Positions 61,401 through 64,000 of a DNA stretch of 64,000 nucleotides are shown here, in pieces. The stretch spans positions 75,762 through 139,761 of the forward strand of contig CAMBQN010000002.1 in assembly GCA_945870025.1 (NCBI GenBank), given 5' to 3'. The position numbers were made by a program, and so were the translations under genes. The number at the start of each line of letters is the position of its first letter. Positions within the stretch are counted from its first letter, which is position 1. The notes beneath the pieces are model-generated. The model searched no databases. It saw nothing but the letters and a program-made list of their open reading frames with translations, and was not told the DNA's origin. The DNA is from Akkermansia muciniphila (GTDB taxonomy: Bacteria; Verrucomicrobiota; Kiritimatiellia; RFP12; JAAYNR01).

Positions 61401-64000
61401 ATGATGGCGAATATGATTCCATGGATGGTCGGCTTCCCGCTCCTCGCGGGCCTCGTTCTGTTTTTCATTCGACAAGACACGCGGCGGCGTTACGCCGTGT
61501 ATGTCGCAACAGCGATCATGGGCACGGGGTCAGTCGTCCTGGCTTTGAATTCCGCTCAAGACACGACGATCCTCGACCCTTCCGCGCACACGATCAGTCT
61601 TGTCATGCTGGTGATTGAAACGATGATTGCCGGTTATCTTGCCTGGGTTACGGTGCGGGCGAAGCAATTTCTGGCGACCGGGCTGCTTCTGGCGCAGTTT
61701 CTTCTGGCGGCTGGGTTTGAATGGCAGGCGCTGGTCCATCCAGCCACCGAGCCGGTCGCGGCCGTGGCCGCGTCGGCGTCGCCGTGGCTCCTGTGCGACG
61801 CCCTGTCTGTGCTCATGGTTCTGATCATCGGCTTGATTGGCGGCTTGATTTGCATTTATGCGCCGGGGTACATGAGGGAGTTTCACGATCGGCATCATCC
61901 CGAGTTGCGCGACCGCCGCCCGATGTTCTTTGCCACATTCTTTGTTTTTCTGGGCGCGATGTTCGGCATCGTCCTGGCCAACAATCTGAGCTGGATCTAC
62001 TTCTTCTGGGAGATCACGACGCTCTGCTCGTTTCTGCTGATCGGCTACAAGGAAACGGCCGAATCCAAGACCAATGCCATGCGCGCGATGACGATGAACC
62101 TGATGGGCGGGCTCGGTTTTGCGGCGGCGATTGTTTTGCTGGGCAGTCACGGGATTGACAACCTGATGACTCTGCGCAGCCAGGGTGTCGGCGAACAGGC
62201 GATCATCATCGGCGCCGGGCTGCTCGCGTTTGCCGGAATCACCAAGGCGGCGCAATTTCCGTTCGCCGGCTGGTTGCGCGGTGCGATGGTGGCCCCGACG
62301 CCGGTTTCCGCACTGCTGCATTCGAGCACGATGGTGAAAGCAGGCGTCTATCTGGTGCTTCGCCTGGCTCCGAATCTGGAAGGAACGAAAGTGGGCATAA
62401 TGGTGGCGCTGGTGGGCGCGATTACGTTCATGGTCGGGTCCCTCGTCGCCGTCTGCACCAGCGATGCCAAAAAGATTCTCGCCTACTCCACGGTTGCCAA
62501 TCTGGGCCTGATTGTCCTCTGCGGCGGACTCGGTACCCAGGAGGCGGTCTGGGCGGGCATTCTGCTGATCATCTTTCATGCCGTGGCCAAGGCGTTGCTC
62601 TTCCTCTGCGTGGGCGTTGTCGAGCACAAGATCCACAGCCGCGATGTTGAAGATATGGCCGGCCTGATCTTGCGGATGCCCAAACTGGCCGTGATGATTG
62701 AGATCGGCATTGCCGGGATGTTCCTGGCTCCCTTTGGCATGCTCATCAGCAAATGGGCGGTGCTCAAGGCGATCGTGGATGCGCATCCACTCCTCTCGAT
62801 CTTCATTGTCTTCGGCAGCGCCGCCACGCTCTTCTTCTGGGTCAAGTGGCTGGGCAAGCTGTTGCAGATCACCGGCTCGATGGAGAAGAAGGAGAAGAAC
62901 ATCGCGGGTGGCCAATGGGTCGCACTGACGGCACTGGCGGCGCTCACGATTCTGACGTGCATGGGATTCCCGCTGATCTCCACGCATGTGCTTGAGCCGT
63001 ATATCGGCGGGGGCTTCAATGCAGTGGACAGTGTTCTGGGGCAAGGCAACCTGATTGTCATGGGACTGATGCTGGGCATGGTGGCGATGTTTCCCCTCAG
63101 TTTCTTCAATTACAACCGCCAGGTGAAGGTCGTGGATGCCTATCTCGGGGGCGCCAATCTGGAATCCGCAGATGGGCGGGCACGCTTCCAGGGATCCGCC
63201 GGAACGGTGCGAGAACTCTCGATGCGCAATTACTACATCGGTCAACTGCTGGGCGAGGAACGGGTGTTCACGGCTGGATTTTGGTTGGCCATCGCAACCC
63301 TGATCGTGCTTGCCGGCATCGTTTTCCTTCCCCTCGGACTGCCTGCGGAAGTGATTCCAACCCTCGCGCCTCATGCACTCTCGCTTCAGGAAGTCGCCAT
63401 TCGTCTCGCCGCCTATCTGGCGCTGGCTCCGCTCATCGGCGGTTTGCTGGCCGGCCTGGACCGCAAGTTGACGGCCCGCATGCAGGGTCGGCGAGGACCC
63501 CCAATCCGGCAGGCGTTCTACGATGTCGCCAAGCTTTGGAACAAGGAAAATATCGTTGTCCGCCGGTCGCAGAACTTCTACATCCTGTTTTTCTTTCTCT
63601 TTGCCGTCTTCTCGGGCGCGCTCTTCTTCTGCGGGTCCAACCTGCTGCTGGTGATCTTTTCGCTGACGCTCGCCGGCATCTTCTTCATTCTGGCGGCCTA
63701 CAAGGCGAGTTCGCCCTACAGCTTCATCGGGGCCGAGCGCGAGCTCCTTCAGATGGCTGCCTATGAGCCGATGGTGCTGCTGGCCGCCATCGGCATGTAC
63801 ATGACCACCGGCAGCTTTCGCGTGGACGACATCTTCGCCAACCCGGTCAATCCGCTGAAGCTCATGCTGATGTTTGTCGGGTTCCTGTACATTCTCACGA
63901 TCAAGTTCCGCAAGTCGCCGTTCGACTTGGCCACCTCTCACCACGCGCATCAGGAGCTGGTCAAGGGGATCACCACTGAATTTTCCGGAAAGATGCTGGC
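61401..64000 (+). CDS. Ech/Hyf/complex-I-type membrane module: NuoL/EchA/HyfB-like antiporter subunit continuing in frame into a NuoH/EchB/HycD-like subunit (3' partial, runs off the window)
   Basis: This frame-0 ORF is not in the supplied track because it has no stop within the window. ATG 61401 has GAGGTG 8 nt upstream. L-like motifs: FFWEITTLCSFLLIGY, AAQFPFAGWLRGAMVAPTPVSALLHSSTMVKAGVYL, KKILAYSTVANLG. H-like motifs from ~63351: GLDRKLTARMQGRRGPPIRQAFYDVAKLWNKE, RKSPFDLATSHHAHQELVKGITTEFSG. Confidence 0.75.
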   Translation, partial: MMANMIPWMVGFPLLAGLVLFFIRQDTRRRYAVYVATAIMGTGSVVLALNSAQDTTILDPSAHTISLVMLVIETMIAGYLAWVTVRAKQFLATGLLLAQFLLAAGFEWQALVHPATEPVAAVAASASPWLLCDALSVLMVLIIGLIGGLICIYAPGYMREFHDRHHPELRDRRPMFFATFFVFLGAMFGIVLANNLSWIYFFWEITTLCSFLLIGYKETAESKTNAMRAMTMNLMGGLGFAAAIVLLGSHGIDNLMTLRSQGVGEQAIIIGAGLLAFAGITKAAQFPFAGWLRGAMVAPTPVSALLHSSTMVKAGVYLVLRLAPNLEGTKVGIMVALVGAITFMVGSLVAVCTSDAKKILAYSTVANLGLIVLCGGLGTQEAVWAGILLIIFHAVAKALLFLCVGVVEHKIHSRDVEDMAGLILRMPKLAVMIEIGIAGMFLAPFGMLISKWAVLKAIVDAHPLLSIFIVFGSAATLFFWVKWLGKLLQITGSMEKKEKNIAGGQWVALTALAALTILTCMGFPLISTHVLEPYIGGGFNAVDSVLGQGNLIVMGLMLGMVAMFPLSFFNYNRQVKVVDAYLGGANLESADGRARFQGSAGTVRELSMRNYYIGQLLGEERVFTAGFWLAIATLIVLAGIVFLPLGLPAEVIPTLAPHALSLQEVAIRLAAYLALAPLIGGLLAGLDRKLTARMQGRRGPPIRQAFYDVAKLWNKENIVVRRSQNFYILFFFLFAVFSGALFFCGSNLLLVIFSLTLAGIFFILAAYKASSPYSFIGAERELLQMAAYEPMVLLAAIGMYMTTGSFRVDDIFANPVNPLKLMLMFVGFLYILTIKFRKSPFDLATSHHAHQELVKGITTEFSGKML

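Noticed and set aside
61530-63950. 806-aa minus-strand ORF from the supplied track
   Set aside because: It is antisense to a clearly recognisable membrane-subunit ORF on the plus strand. Its translation is Arg/His/Gln/Asp-rich low-complexity sequence with no motifs. It is a typical high-GC antisense artefact.
1-64000. rRNA, tRNA, tmRNA, prophage, toxin-antitoxin or known defence-system genes
   Set aside because: Reading the intergenic regions and the ORF translations revealed no cloverleaf-like or rRNA-like sequence. No integrase, capsid, terminase, nuclease-helicase or TA-type proteins were seen. Absence cannot be proven without tRNAscan/Infernal/DefenseFinder runs.

Overview
High-GC (about 60-63% by eye) bacterial chromosomal window. 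The gene content fits an anaerobic, polysaccharide-degrading member of the PVC group (Verrucomicrobiota/Kiritimatiellota/Lentisphaerota-like); this taxonomic call is a guess. Layout: (1) an IS110-family element at the left edge. (2) An ECF sigma factor with a membrane-anchored C-terminal domain. (3) A PQQ-like beta-propeller gene bracketed by two inverted copies of a 119-bp MITE-like repeat. (4) The conserved rplU-rpmA-obg cluster, a MATE exporter, and then about 50 kb of almost exclusively minus-strand glycan-utilisation genes. These include GH36, GH31, GH95, GH78, a GH106-like protein, two GH29-like proteins, a beta-helix protein, several large unassigned toroid-like proteins, a phosphotriesterase-family hydrolase and an aldo/keto reductase. 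(5) The window ends in the first gene(s) of an Ech/Hyf-type membrane hydrogenase or complex-I-like module. Most unusual content: (a) a translationally coupled two-gene cassette (URO-D-like protein plus a roughly 1,050-1,065-aa unassigned protein) present twice, plus a third URO-D-family gene. (b) Two giant (about 1,580 and 1,660 aa) secreted paralogs, each built from two copies of an unrecognised ~130-aa domain plus degenerate FGE/SUMF1-like modules, next to a stand-alone FGE-family protein and a divergently transcribed LacI regulator. (c) A RAYT-type Y1 transposase flanked by inverted REP-like arrays. (d) Many palindromic or MITE-like intergenic elements, including an 86-nt leader shared by two genes and a 141-bp palindrome with inverted heptad arrays. 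I recognised no rRNA, tRNA, CRISPR array, prophage or known defence system. All family assignments come from reading motifs by eye; no searches were run.
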